A stretch of DNA of 64,000 nt, from the NCBI GenBank assembly GCA_964592525.1, contig CAZQFB010000001.1, positions 212,413-276,412 on the forward strand. The letters run 5' to 3'. Each line of letters begins with the position of its first letter. The first letter of the stretch is position 1. Source of the DNA: an uncultured Candidatus Saccharibacteria bacterium. Its GTDB lineage: Bacteria > Patescibacteriota > WWE3 > CAZQFB01. The notes beneath the pieces were generated by a model. That model ran no database searches, was not told where the DNA came from, and was given only the letters and a program-made list of their open reading frames with translations. Position numbers and translations under genes: made by a program. This document shows, in pieces, positions 1 to 9,421 of the stretch.

Positions 1-24
1 GCTTTAAATCTATAAACCTTTGGT

Positions 25-1740
25 TTACAGATTTACCTTGCTATCTTTAAGATCCACGTGTGCTTTTTCTTTATCCACGGCGGTTTTGGGGGTAAATAAA
101 TGAGTAAGTAACTTACCCCCCGCATTCTTCCAGAAAGCGAAGGATTTCATGTTGACCTTAGTTTGGTTGGGATCAAAATCCAACAGATGTCCCATTAATT
201 TCTTGGCGGCAATCAGTAGGAATTTCATATCTGCCAGGCTTCTAATGGCCATAAGTTCTCTGAAAATAAATTGGGGGGACATGAAAGAGCTGTAGAGCTC
301 CTGTTCCAATTCTAGTATTTTCTCATGGGCAAAAGGCATTTTCATTACCGGTTGACGCATATCAAAATCTTCATACTCCTCGGTTAACAACCAACCTTTT
401 TCTTTACACTCCTTGTAAAGTGGAGTGCCGGGGTAGGGGATGACCAGCGTGGCTTGCATAGTTTTGTAATAACCTTTTTTAAAAGCATACTTGGCAATAG
501 CGATAGTCCTTTTGGCATCTTCATAGCTTTCCCAGGGATAACCTAGCATGATCGTGACATGGGGGTGCAGACCGGCTTTAGTGGCCATTTTAGGACCGTT
601 AATGGCGTCGGCTTCCAAAGTGCCTTTATCAAGTTTATCCAAAGTTTTCTGGTTGCCAGATTCCATACCGTAGAGAATAAACCTAAACCCAGCCTTGCCC
701 ATCAGATCATAGTATTCTTGAGTGAGGGCATTAAAGCGCATATTAATGCCGTACTTAATCTTTTTGTGATAACCACTCTCAATCATAAGCTCGCAGAACT
801 TTTTGAGCCTTGGACCAATCATAAAAGTGCCGGCGTCATCAAATACTTCTTTCACACCATAGTTATCCACCACATGCTTAACTTCGGCAAAAAGACGCTC
901 GGGTGACATGGAGCGATAGGATCCTTTCGGGTAGAGAGTGTTGTCCCACACGCAAAAGGTGCACCTATTCCACCAGCAATCACGGCCAGAGTACATATAG
1001 GTACCGGGGAAGTATTTATAGTTGCCATTTTCGTAGGCATATAATTTCCATTTAGTGAGCTCTCTATCCACAAAAGGCAGGTCATCCAGATTGTGTTTAA
1101 GCGAAGCTGGGCCGCTATTGCAGATTTTCTCTCCGGATATTAAGGTGTCGGTGCCCAAGGGTGTGGCTTTGATCAAGGTGTCTTCTGCCCGCCAAAATAC
1201 TCCACCCTCCAGTGCCTCTCCTTGGTGGATATGGTTAAGAAGATTCACAATTACAAAATCGTAATCACCTCCGGTAATGGCGTAATCAACGGGTGAGTGT
1301 TCGAATATTTCCAGAGGAAGATAAGTGATATGATCTCCTACCCAGATAAGCTTGAGTTGCGGGAAGCGCTTTTTAAGATCCTTTATTTGCTCCCAGTGCT
1401 TTTTGACGATAGGGGATTTGGTTTCCACCATTAGGTAATCGGGGTTTAGGGAAGCAAGCTCGTTGGCCCACTGTTCATAATTCTTCCTCTCCGCAATCCC
1501 GTCTAGCCAGTAGACTTTGTAGCCATGTTCCTTTAGCAAGGAAGCGGCGTAAGCGGGAACCATGGGATAGATGTAGGTGGGGGCATTGAAGTACTGAAAC
1601 TGTCTGTTTTGAGATAGAAGTGCCGTACCTTTGTGGCTTTCAATGGGTGGATATCCTACTACAACCTTAATATCAGATAGTGGTTGCTGATCCCTCGCCT
1701 CGGTAGATAAATTGTTGCTGGTTAAATCTTTAGCGCTCAC
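25..1740 (-). CDS. B12-binding domain / radical SAM enzyme (class B rSAM, possible methyltransferase)
   Basis: The N-terminal ~150 aa are Rossmann-like (VVVGYPP...ITGGDYD), typical of a cobalamin-binding domain. A Cys cluster RDCWWNRCTFC (Cx4Cx2C) follows at the position where radical-SAM CxxxCxxC normally sits. A TIM-barrel-like region lies downstream (GMESGNQ, VIPYPGTPLY). Confidence 0.55.
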   Translation of the reverse strand: MSAKDLTSNNLSTEARDQQPLSDIKVVVGYPPIESHKGTALLSQNRQFQYFNAPTYIYPMVPAYAASLLKEHGYKVYWLDGIAERKNYEQWANELASLNPDYLMVETKSPIVKKHWEQIKDLKKRFPQLKLIWVGDHITYLPLEIFEHSPVDYAITGGDYDFVIVNLLNHIHQGEALEGGVFWRAEDTLIKATPLGTDTLISGEKICNSGPASLKHNLDDLPFVDRELTKWKLYAYENGNYKYFPGTYMYSGRDCWWNRCTFCVWDNTLYPKGSYRSMSPERLFAEVKHVVDNYGVKEVFDDAGTFMIGPRLKKFCELMIESGYHKKIKYGINMRFNALTQEYYDLMGKAGFRFILYGMESGNQKTLDKLDKGTLEADAINGPKMATKAGLHPHVTIMLGYPWESYEDAKRTIAIAKYAFKKGYYKTMQATLVIPYPGTPLYKECKEKGWLLTEEYEDFDMRQPVMKMPFAHEKILELEQELYSSFMSPQFIFRELMAIRSLADMKFLLIAAKKLMGHLLDFDPNQTKVNMKSFAFWKNAGGKLLTHLFTPKTAVDKEKAHVDLKDSKVNL

Positions 1741-1781
1741 AGAGTTTGATTTTAAGGGATTAACTAGGGAGGAGCAAATAA

Positions 1782-2069
1782 TTAGTGTTGGGGGTAGATT
1801 TTCTCTCCGTTTTGGTAGACCTCAATCGCAAAAACAGGACAGCTCTGCGCCCCAGCTATTATCTTTTCTAGTTTATCCCACTCGCCTTTTTTGATAATGG
1901 CTATACCCTCCTCATCAAGGTCAAAGGTGTTCGGTGAATACACGGTGCAGGTAGCCGCACTAATACATTTATCCCGCAGAATGTGGATCTCAAGATCACC
2001 TTTTTTTACTATTTCTATGTTAGTTGGATAAGGATTGCTCATTATTACCGTTAAAATATCATCTACCAC
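1782..2069 (-). CDS. small ferredoxin (single-cluster Fe-S protein)
   Basis: A 95 aa protein with CISAATC...SCPVFAIEV, i.e. Cxx(A)xxC...CP spacing typical of small ferredoxins. It is co-directional with and immediately downstream of the radical SAM gene. Confidence 0.5.
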   Translation of the reverse strand: MVDDILTVIMSNPYPTNIEIVKKGDLEIHILRDKCISAATCTVYSPNTFDLDEEGIAIIKKGEWDKLEKIIAGAQSCPVFAIEVYQNGEKIYPQH

Positions 2070-2090
2070 TAAAGGTGTTCAAGCTAGTTT

Positions 2091-3737
2091 TTAGTGGTTG
2101 TTTTGTGCCAACAGAAAAAGCCCGTATTTTTGATCAATTAGTTGCCAATCTCCCGTGGAGATTAGCTGCTGTAAATCGGCAGGTAGCGGAATGGTACCCA
2201 CAAAATTAGAGACTTCTTCAGTATCGTGTACTCCATTGACAGTATCTACTAATATATACTCTGCTTCTTTGTTTACGATAAAGGGATCAGCGGGTGAATA
2301 ATAAATCCATATCTTTTGTCTGGAGGAGAGAGCTCCTGTGAATTTATGATTAGTTGCAGTTGGTGCGTTTTTTGGAATTGAGGCGATCATTTGCCAAGCA
2401 ATTGTATCCCGGGGACTTAACTGGTAGCGAAAGCTGTCACTCTCGGTGAATAAGGCTTTGTATATTGGCGAGTACATATAAAAACCCCATAAGGTAGTTA
2501 TAAGAATTAGAAAAGGAATATAGCGAGCCTTTCTGAAGTATCTAGAAAGATTTGCATTTGCCTGGATAGCTCCAGTTATTAGGAAGGGAATAACGGCAGC
2601 AAAATAATATATCAATACGGGTAAGCGGAAATCCCGGGTTGATACATTGAGTAGAAAATTTCTTCCTATTGTCGGAAGTAGACCGATTAAGTATGTTGGG
2701 CTAAGAATGGGAATATACATAAATGGCTTAAGAAGTAAATTTTTCAAAAACTCTGTTTTTCTCACCTCAAAGAAGAAATCAATAAACGTATACCTGGTAT
2801 GTTCCCGCATATAGGCAATAATTTCATGAGCGTTACTTCCGAAATGACTGTAGTTATCCAAGGGACCATACCTGGGTATTTGCACCTGACTGTATTCAAG
2901 TAAATGTGCAGACCAGCGAGCTGAAATAATAAACCACAATAACCCAACAACTATTGGTACTAAACACCATTTGAATAAGTAGGTAAGCTGAATTTTAATT
3001 GTTTCTTTGTGGCTCGCAGTGAGGATTTTTTTCTTACTACTCTGCTTCCAAGTCAGCACAGTTTTCAAAATGAAGCTCCATTTATTGCCTCTCTTTAACA
3101 TCGGTAATAAGGTCTCAATTTTGTGACTTATTATCTGGAATATTCTGGCAATCAAGGTTAATAACCCAAAACTAGCAATCACTGGGGCGTTTGTTTCGTT
3201 ACACGAGAGAGCTAATACCATAGCTAACAGAAAAAGTTTGTATCTGCTCTGGATATAAAAGTAAATCATTAACAACAGGAAAAAGATTACATAAGTTTCA
3301 AATCTAAGATCAGAAAGCACAATCCAGTGTAATAAGGGGTTTAGCAGATATATTAGTGAAAACAGTACGGCTTGGTTTTTGTTTTTAAGAACTTTTTGCG
3401 CCATTAGAAATATCGGAATTGCTCCCAAGGAGAGAAAGAGAGTTTGTAAAAGTAGAAGCATAGTCACATCTGGCTTGAAGATATAAAAGGGCAGAATAAG
3501 AAACATAATTAGATCTACATGTTGACTAAAAAAGGGTAATCTTTCGTTGTTATATACTGTTTGGAAAAGAGGGTCTTTGCCATAACTTAGGTTATACATC
3601 GTCTGGTTTCTTTGACCAATGTCCATAGCCCACCAGGTTGAAAAAGACCTGTATTGATCGTTCGCCAGAGAGAAACCAATTAGTGTAAATATGGTTATCA
3701 CAGTGCCAAGTAATATCAAATAGTATCTTGATTTCAT
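2091..3737 (-). CDS. polytopic integral membrane protein, DUF2079-like (putative glycan-processing membrane protein)
   Basis: A 548 aa protein with more than 10 predicted TM segments, an N-terminal D-I-G-x-R-N-Q motif and a His-containing loop (SQHVDLIMFL). It sits at the edge of the glycosyltransferase island. Confidence 0.4.
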   Translation of the reverse strand: MKSRYYLILLGTVITIFTLIGFSLANDQYRSFSTWWAMDIGQRNQTMYNLSYGKDPLFQTVYNNERLPFFSQHVDLIMFLILPFYIFKPDVTMLLLLQTLFLSLGAIPIFLMAQKVLKNKNQAVLFSLIYLLNPLLHWIVLSDLRFETYVIFFLLLMIYFYIQSRYKLFLLAMVLALSCNETNAPVIASFGLLTLIARIFQIISHKIETLLPMLKRGNKWSFILKTVLTWKQSSKKKILTASHKETIKIQLTYLFKWCLVPIVVGLLWFIISARWSAHLLEYSQVQIPRYGPLDNYSHFGSNAHEIIAYMREHTRYTFIDFFFEVRKTEFLKNLLLKPFMYIPILSPTYLIGLLPTIGRNFLLNVSTRDFRLPVLIYYFAAVIPFLITGAIQANANLSRYFRKARYIPFLILITTLWGFYMYSPIYKALFTESDSFRYQLSPRDTIAWQMIASIPKNAPTATNHKFTGALSSRQKIWIYYSPADPFIVNKEAEYILVDTVNGVHDTEEVSNFVGTIPLPADLQQLISTGDWQLIDQKYGLFLLAQNNH

Positions 3738-3783
3738 TTTTTAGGGTAACATCTTTGATTATTATATCTGTTTATTGTAATTC

Positions 3784-4533
3784 ATGGTCAATAATAAAAC
3801 CATATCTGTAGTAATACCCTGTCACAATGAGGAGGAAAGTATTCTCCACACACTCTCCATGGTGCCAAAAGAGGTTGATGAGGTAATAGTAGTAGATAAT
3901 CTCTCAAGTGACAGGACTGCTTCTAATGCGCGTGAGGCTGGAGCTACTGTGGTTTTGGAAGAAAATAAGGGCTATGGTTATGCTATCAAGGCAGGTATCA
4001 GAAGCGCTTCCGGAGATGTGGTGATAGTCGCGGACGGTGATGGAACTTATCCTTTTGAGCTTGCGACTACTTTGGCTTCTCATCTTGTAACTAGTAACTT
4101 AGAGTTTATTTCCTGCTCAAGATTTCCTCTTACCACTAAAGAAAGTATGTCGCCGGTAAATGTGCTTGGAACAAAAATATTAAACCTCGTTGCCTTTATG
4201 TTGTATGGTGTTTGGTTTAGGGATATTCTCTCTGGAATGTGGGTTTTTAAAAGAGAGGCAGTAACGCAATTAGATTTGGTGAGTAATGATTGGAATCTTT
4301 CAGAAGAGATAAAGATAGAGGCGGCAAGGAAAACTAAATTTAAAGAGGTTCATATTAACCATAATGTTAGATTAGGTGAAACAAAATTGATGAAATGGTA
4401 CGTGGGTTTGGAAAATTTAGTTTTTCTTTTTTGGAAAAGGTTTTTCCCAACTCGCGCTTTACCAACCTGTTTTAGAATCACACAATATCAGAATAAGTTT
4501 GAACCTACACCAAATATAAAAAATGAAAAGTAA
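3784..4533 (+). CDS. GT2 family glycosyltransferase (polyprenol-phosphate sugar synthase-like)
   Basis: The N-terminal ISVVIPCHNEE...VIVVDNLSSDRT...GYGYAIKAGI...VVIVADGDGTYP is a classical GT-A/DPM-synthase DxD architecture. Confidence 0.75.
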   Translation: MVNNKTISVVIPCHNEEESILHTLSMVPKEVDEVIVVDNLSSDRTASNAREAGATVVLEENKGYGYAIKAGIRSASGDVVIVADGDGTYPFELATTLASHLVTSNLEFISCSRFPLTTKESMSPVNVLGTKILNLVAFMLYGVWFRDILSGMWVFKREAVTQLDLVSNDWNLSEEIKIEAARKTKFKEVHINHNVRLGETKLMKWYVGLENLVFLFWKRFFPTRALPTCFRITQYQNKFEPTPNIKNEK

Positions 4534-5971
4534 CCACACAAAAAATAGGCGAGTTGTTGTTATTGGTGCTGGTCCTACAGGACTCTCGGCGGCTTATTAT
4601 TTAGTCAATGGTGGTGGCGATGCAATTGTGCTTGAAAAGCAATCTGCTGTAGGTGGGATGGCTAAAACAATTAAGTACAAAGACATAAAGGTAGATTTTG
4701 GACCGCATCGTTTCACGCCCCACACTCAACAGGTTAAGGATCTGGTGTTTGACTTGATGGGTAGCAGTATTCTTATAAAACCACAGGTCTCAAAAATATA
4801 TCTTTGGGGAAACTACTTAAGTTACCCCTTAAAAATGACTTCTATACTTAGGTCTGTTAATCCCTTGATTCTTCTTAAGATCGGTTTTTCCTATCTACTC
4901 AAGCTTGTTAAGTCTGGTTTAAGGGGGGGTGCAATCAGAAATTATCGGGAGTATATGGAATATAATTTCGGACCATATTTAGCGCGAGAAGTATTTTGTC
5001 CAATAATTGAGAAGACTTGGAAGTTAGACCCTTCTGAAATTTCGCTTGATCTAGCGAAACAACGCGTAGCAATGGAGAGTTTGTTGAAGACATTTCTTAA
5101 TATTATTCTTAAAAGAAAACCAGCTGTATACGCTACGCAATTAATGCCAGCAGATCACTTCTATTACCCTCAAGGAGGTTTTGGGACTATTTCGGAGAAA
5201 CTAAAAGAAGAGATTCTAAAACAAGGAGGTCACCTTGAGTTGAAGGCAGAGTTAACCGGGATTATTTGTAAAAAGGGAAAGGCTACTGCTGTTACTTATA
5301 AACAAGAGGGTTTGACCAAAACAGTGCTCTGTGACTCGGTAATAGCTACTTGCCCCCTTACGGAAATAGTATCTAAGTTATCAGGTTGTGATATTCCAGC
5401 AGGGATAAAGCAGGCAAGTGAGCATCTTAAGTTTCGTCATCTGCGCATCCTTTTCTTAGTGCTTAATAGAAACAGGCTTAGTGAGGATATTTCTATATTT
5501 TATCCTGATTTGTCCTTGCCTTTTGGGCGATTGTTTGAGCAGAAGAATTACGATGAGCATATGGTGCCAGAGGGTAAAACTGTTCTGGGAGTGGAGTTGA
5601 CTTGTGCGGACGAAGACTATTACTGGTCTGTTTCGGATGAGGGATTAGGCAAGGAAATAATAAATTCGCTAGTAAAGGTGGGTCTTATTACTGCTGAAGA
5701 AGTGTTGGATTATTTCAGCCAGCGCAATTCTTTTTCGTATCCTGTTTATGATCTTGAGTATAAAGATAATTTAGAAAAATTAACCTTGTTTACCGATCAG
5801 ATAACTAATTTAATCATTGTAGGGCGAGCTGCCTCATTTTTATATAACAACACACACCACTCTCTGGAGATGGGTTATTTGGCTGCTAAGCAGGTGCTTT
5901 CAGGGGATGATACTATTAAAGAGTGGGCAAAAGACAGAGAACTTTTTCATTCGTATACGATAGTGGAGTAG
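4523..5971 (+). CDS. FAD/NAD(P)-binding oxidoreductase (amine-oxidase/CrtI/UGM-like fold)
   Basis: The N-terminal dinucleotide-binding motif is VVVIGAGPTGLSAAYYL...LEKQSAVGGMAKT (GxGxxG...E...GG). The protein is 482 aa. Its start overlaps the upstream GT2 stop by 11 nt, which suggests translational coupling. Confidence 0.65.
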   Translation: MKSNHTKNRRVVVIGAGPTGLSAAYYLVNGGGDAIVLEKQSAVGGMAKTIKYKDIKVDFGPHRFTPHTQQVKDLVFDLMGSSILIKPQVSKIYLWGNYLSYPLKMTSILRSVNPLILLKIGFSYLLKLVKSGLRGGAIRNYREYMEYNFGPYLAREVFCPIIEKTWKLDPSEISLDLAKQRVAMESLLKTFLNIILKRKPAVYATQLMPADHFYYPQGGFGTISEKLKEEILKQGGHLELKAELTGIICKKGKATAVTYKQEGLTKTVLCDSVIATCPLTEIVSKLSGCDIPAGIKQASEHLKFRHLRILFLVLNRNRLSEDISIFYPDLSLPFGRLFEQKNYDEHMVPEGKTVLGVELTCADEDYYWSVSDEGLGKEIINSLVKVGLITAEEVLDYFSQRNSFSYPVYDLEYKDNLEKLTLFTDQITNLIIVGRAASFLYNNTHHSLEMGYLAAKQVLSGDDTIKEWAKDRELFHSYTIVE

Positions 5972-5975
5972 ATCA

Positions 5976-6338
5976 ATGAACTCATCTTTCATCTTAATCC
6001 TTATTAACATTCTCCTAGCGGTGTCGGGGCAAACTTTTATTAAACAAGGTGTAGCTAAAGTTGGTGATTATTCGACAATGCCGGTAGTGTTGTTTTTCCA
6101 ACAGGCGCTCCTTTCTCCTTTTGTGATTTTAGGTGTGCTCTTATATATTTTATCTTCTTTTGTGTGGTTTCTTGTTCTTTCCAAATTAGATCTTAGTATA
6201 GCTTATCCAGCGTTAAGCTTAGGTTATATCCTGGTTTTGGCGATTGGTGTTTTTTATCTTAACGAACCACTGACATTTTACAAATTACTTGGTGTTATAT
6301 TTATTTGTTTGGGTACTTTTCTCGTTTTCCATAAATAA
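5976..6338 (+). CDS. small 4-TM SMR/EamA-like membrane protein (candidate lipid-linked sugar flippase subunit, ArnE/ArnF-like)
   Basis: A 120 aa protein with four hydrophobic segments. Its size and topology resemble SMR-type ArnE/F or GtrA-like flippases, and it lies immediately downstream of the GT2 and FAD-enzyme genes. Confidence 0.45.
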   Translation: MNSSFILILINILLAVSGQTFIKQGVAKVGDYSTMPVVLFFQQALLSPFVILGVLLYILSSFVWFLVLSKLDLSIAYPALSLGYILVLAIGVFYLNEPLTFYKLLGVIFICLGTFLVFHK

Positions 6339-6462
6339 TTCAATTTAACACCCAAGTTATTTTGAATGGTAAAAAGCTGAACGTATTTGACTGTTGCTAG
6401 AATACTGTTTATTACCTTGTGAATAAAAGGAGCTGAAGGCGCTTGCCTGAAACAGGTACAGG

Positions 6463-7500
6463 TTAGATTTTTCTTTGCGAATAGCCACTCTTGCCGGTAA
6501 AAAAGCCCTTGAGAAAGGCTACTCCGTAAGTAAGGTGCATTAGAAATAATACCACTGCGGATCTGAAAGCAGTAGTTATTTCTCCGCTTTTAAAAATAAT
6601 TTGGTAGATAAGATCAGATATTAGAATCAGGTAAAGCAATAAAGGCACGGAAAATATCGCCAAATAGTAGGAGGAGATCTTTGTCACCCCCAGATAGGTG
6701 CTACTTATCATTAGGAGTAAGGTGGCAAGGTAGACCACAAAAAGTGAGGGTACTAAATACCACCACCTTAGCGAGTTGGTGTCTCCCTGGGCAAAAAAAG
6801 CTCCTCGATGCTCTCCGTATTGAGCGTGCTGGTGCAAAAACTTGCGCAAGCTGTTTCTGCGGAAGTGATAAACCTGGATGGAAGGGTGATAGTAAATGCT
6901 ACCCCCTAGTATTTTGATTAGATCATTGCATAACTTGCTATCTTCACCCGGCCAGTATTTAACATCAAACCCATTGAGTTTGTTGAAAGCAGATTTCAAA
7001 ATAAAAAAATTCATGGTGGGAAAATCATCCACAAATCTGGGTTTTTCTTTTTGGAACCTGTAGCTCAACCCGCCACTCCCTAGCCAGGTACAAAGTAACG
7101 CGTCAAAGGCTTTTTCCCAAGGTTTGGCTTCTTTGGGCAACATGCCGGGTCCACAGATGGACATTACCTTTTGCTTTTTCAGATGATAACGAGCGGCTTC
7201 TAGCCAATCCGGTTCTGGATAGGCATCATCATCTATAAAGACTAGATATTTGCCTCTGGCTTGGCTGACACCAAGATTCCTTTTTTGTGAAGGGTGAGAA
7301 ATGTTTGGCGTCTCAATAATTTTGAGAAAGGGGTATTTTTTCTGAAGCCTTTTATCCCATTTAGTTGCTTTGTTTGGTAGCACGATGACCTCAAAAGAAT
7401 CTATCGTTTGCTTGGCTAAAGCAGGCAGGTTATATTTTTTAATAAAGGCATTTACCTTGAGGACAGGAATGATTATGGAGAAGGTTGGTTTCTTTTTCAT
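6463..7500 (-). CDS. GT2 family glycosyltransferase with C-terminal TM anchor
   Basis: FSIIIPV...EVIVLPN...YLVFIDDDAYPEPDWL is a GT-A fold with a DDD motif. The C-terminal ~80 aa are hydrophobic. Confidence 0.7.
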   Translation of the reverse strand: MKKKPTFSIIIPVLKVNAFIKKYNLPALAKQTIDSFEVIVLPNKATKWDKRLQKKYPFLKIIETPNISHPSQKRNLGVSQARGKYLVFIDDDAYPEPDWLEAARYHLKKQKVMSICGPGMLPKEAKPWEKAFDALLCTWLGSGGLSYRFQKEKPRFVDDFPTMNFFILKSAFNKLNGFDVKYWPGEDSKLCNDLIKILGGSIYYHPSIQVYHFRRNSLRKFLHQHAQYGEHRGAFFAQGDTNSLRWWYLVPSLFVVYLATLLLMISSTYLGVTKISSYYLAIFSVPLLLYLILISDLIYQIIFKSGEITTAFRSAVVLFLMHLTYGVAFLKGFFTGKSGYSQRKI

Positions 7501-7574
7501 AGTAATTACTATTGTGCGTCTTATATTACCTAATCATCGCCTAGTGTGCAAAAAATGCTATAGTATTTGCTGTT

Positions 7575-8441
7575 ATGGTAAAAGATGTTTCTATTGTCGT
7601 GCCGGTGTATAACGAAGAAAAAGGTATTTCTGCGGTTGTTACCGAAATTAGTCACAAAATCAAAGAGCTAGCACTTAACGCTGAAATTATCATTGTGAAT
7701 GATGGTTCTACGGATAACACGGCTTCCCTTCTGAACAAGTTAGTTAAAGAGCACCAAAATTTGCGGGTGTTAACTCATAAGGGCAATCGTGGTTACGGTG
7801 CGGCTTTAAAAACCGGTATTTTGCAGGCTAATCAGGAAACAATCGCGGTGATTGATGCTGATTGCACCTATCCTCTGGATCATTTTCAAGATCTGCTAGC
7901 GGGAATGGACGAAGCCGATATGGTCGTGGGAGCACGAACAGGAGACACGGTAGAAGTGGAAACTCTGCGCCGACCGGCTAAATGGTTCCTACGCAAATTG
8001 GCTGGCTATTTGGCTGAACGGGATATTCCCGATGTGAACTCGGGTTTTAGAGTGTTTAACCGTGAAATTGCGCTTAGCTATTTTCATATTCTCCCTAATA
8101 AGTTTTCTTTTACTACTACCATTACCTTAGCCATGTTTGCCGATGACTATACGGTGGCTTACGTGCCCATAAATTATTATGGTCGCAAAGGTGATTCCAA
8201 AATTAGACCCTTTGATGCCTGGAATTTTTTGGTGCTAATTCTGAAAACTATTTTTTACTTTAATCCGTTGAAGATAGTGTTACCGTTAGCCCTGATTACC
8301 GGTTTAGCGGGCTTAAGTAAATTGGGTTATGATGTTTTGGTCTTAGATAACCTAACCGATACTACTGTCTTGCTGATTCTCTTCTCCATCCAAATCCTAG
8401 GATTTGGTTTACTGGCCGACTTGATCGTGAGGCGAACGTGA
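7575..8441 (+). CDS. GT2 polyprenol-phosphate glycosyltransferase (DPM synthase / GtrB-like) with C-terminal TM helices
   Basis: VSIVVPVYNEE...IIIVNDGSTDNT...GNRGYGAALKTG...AVIDADCTYP, with two C-terminal TM segments. Confidence 0.75.
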   Translation: MVKDVSIVVPVYNEEKGISAVVTEISHKIKELALNAEIIIVNDGSTDNTASLLNKLVKEHQNLRVLTHKGNRGYGAALKTGILQANQETIAVIDADCTYPLDHFQDLLAGMDEADMVVGARTGDTVEVETLRRPAKWFLRKLAGYLAERDIPDVNSGFRVFNREIALSYFHILPNKFSFTTTITLAMFADDYTVAYVPINYYGRKGDSKIRPFDAWNFLVLILKTIFYFNPLKIVLPLALITGLAGLSKLGYDVLVLDNLTDTTVLLILFSIQILGFGLLADLIVRRT

Positions 8442-9421
8442 ACCCTACTTTAAAGAAATACCTGCTCCCCGCCATTCTGTCATTCGTATTTCTCTTCTTT
8501 CTTTTTAAATTGATTGGTGATCCAAAAGCCTTTATTGAAAACATCTTTAATCTCAACCCTTATTATTTGGGGTTGGCTTTTATCTTTTATACGATAGTCG
8601 CTATCGCTCGTTCCTTAAGAATCCAAGCAGTATACCCGGAGGAAAAGTATCCTTTGGGGAAACTGGTGGCAGTATCTAACCTACACACCTTTATCAGTAA
8701 TGTTTTCCCTTCCCGTTTGGGGGAGTTTTCTTTTATTTACCTGATGCGCAAAGTATTTGGTCAACATGCCGGCCGTAACACCATTGCTCTAATCTTTGTG
8801 CGCATTATGGATACTTTTACCGTCGCCTCTTTTTTCATTGTGTCCGCCGGTATTGTGGGGTTTACTCATGCTGGCATAGATCACCTGTGGGTTTTCTTTA
8901 TGCTAGTGGTCCTGCTCGGGTTAGCCTCTTTCTACCTTGATATTTTGGTTAATATTGGGGTGTCATTAGTAAAAGCTATCATCTCCCTAGTTAAGCTTGA
9001 AGGTGTTAGCCCTGTTCGCAAGCTATTGGATTTTTTAGATGCTTTGCTAGGTTTTAAGATGCTTCGTTCAAAGGGAGTTTATGGGCGAACCATGTTTCTT
9101 TCCTTTGTGGTGTGGACCTTTTTAATGCTGGCGAATAAAGCGATGACCATGGCCATGGGTCTGGATCTTACCTTTCCGGTGCTCTTTTTTGCATCCACTG
9201 GAGCGGTGCTCACCAGTTTAATACCGGTGACGACCTTTGCGGCGGTGGGTACCTATGAGTTGGGGTGGATTGGCGCCTTTGCTCTGATTGGGATGGGTAG
9301 GGAAGAGGCTATTATTACCGGTTTAACTATTCACACGATCAACTTTGTCTTCTCGGCAATTTTGGGTGGATTGGGGTTTTTGGTGATAAATAAAAGTACC
9401 CGACAACAAGAAACCCCATAG
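8438..9421 (+). CDS. UPF0104 / lysyl-PG-synthase-TM-like flippase-like membrane protein
   Basis: A 327 aa polytopic protein. The N-terminal KKYLLPAILSFVFLFFLFK...LNPYYLGLAFIFY...ARSLRIQ is typical of the flippase-like domain family that is often paired with GT2 enzymes. Its start overlaps the upstream GT2 stop. Confidence 0.55.
   Translation: MNPTLKKYLLPAILSFVFLFFLFKLIGDPKAFIENIFNLNPYYLGLAFIFYTIVAIARSLRIQAVYPEEKYPLGKLVAVSNLHTFISNVFPSRLGEFSFIYLMRKVFGQHAGRNTIALIFVRIMDTFTVASFFIVSAGIVGFTHAGIDHLWVFFMLVVLLGLASFYLDILVNIGVSLVKAIISLVKLEGVSPVRKLLDFLDALLGFKMLRSKGVYGRTMFLSFVVWTFLMLANKAMTMAMGLDLTFPVLFFASTGAVLTSLIPVTTFAAVGTYELGWIGAFALIGMGREEAIITGLTIHTINFVFSAILGGLGFLVINKSTRQQETP

Noticed and set aside
559-1264. 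Small ORFs (115, 77 and 69 aa) on either strand inside the radical SAM gene
   Set aside because: They are fully contained in, or antisense to, a long well-supported CDS and carry no motifs. I treat them as frame shadows.
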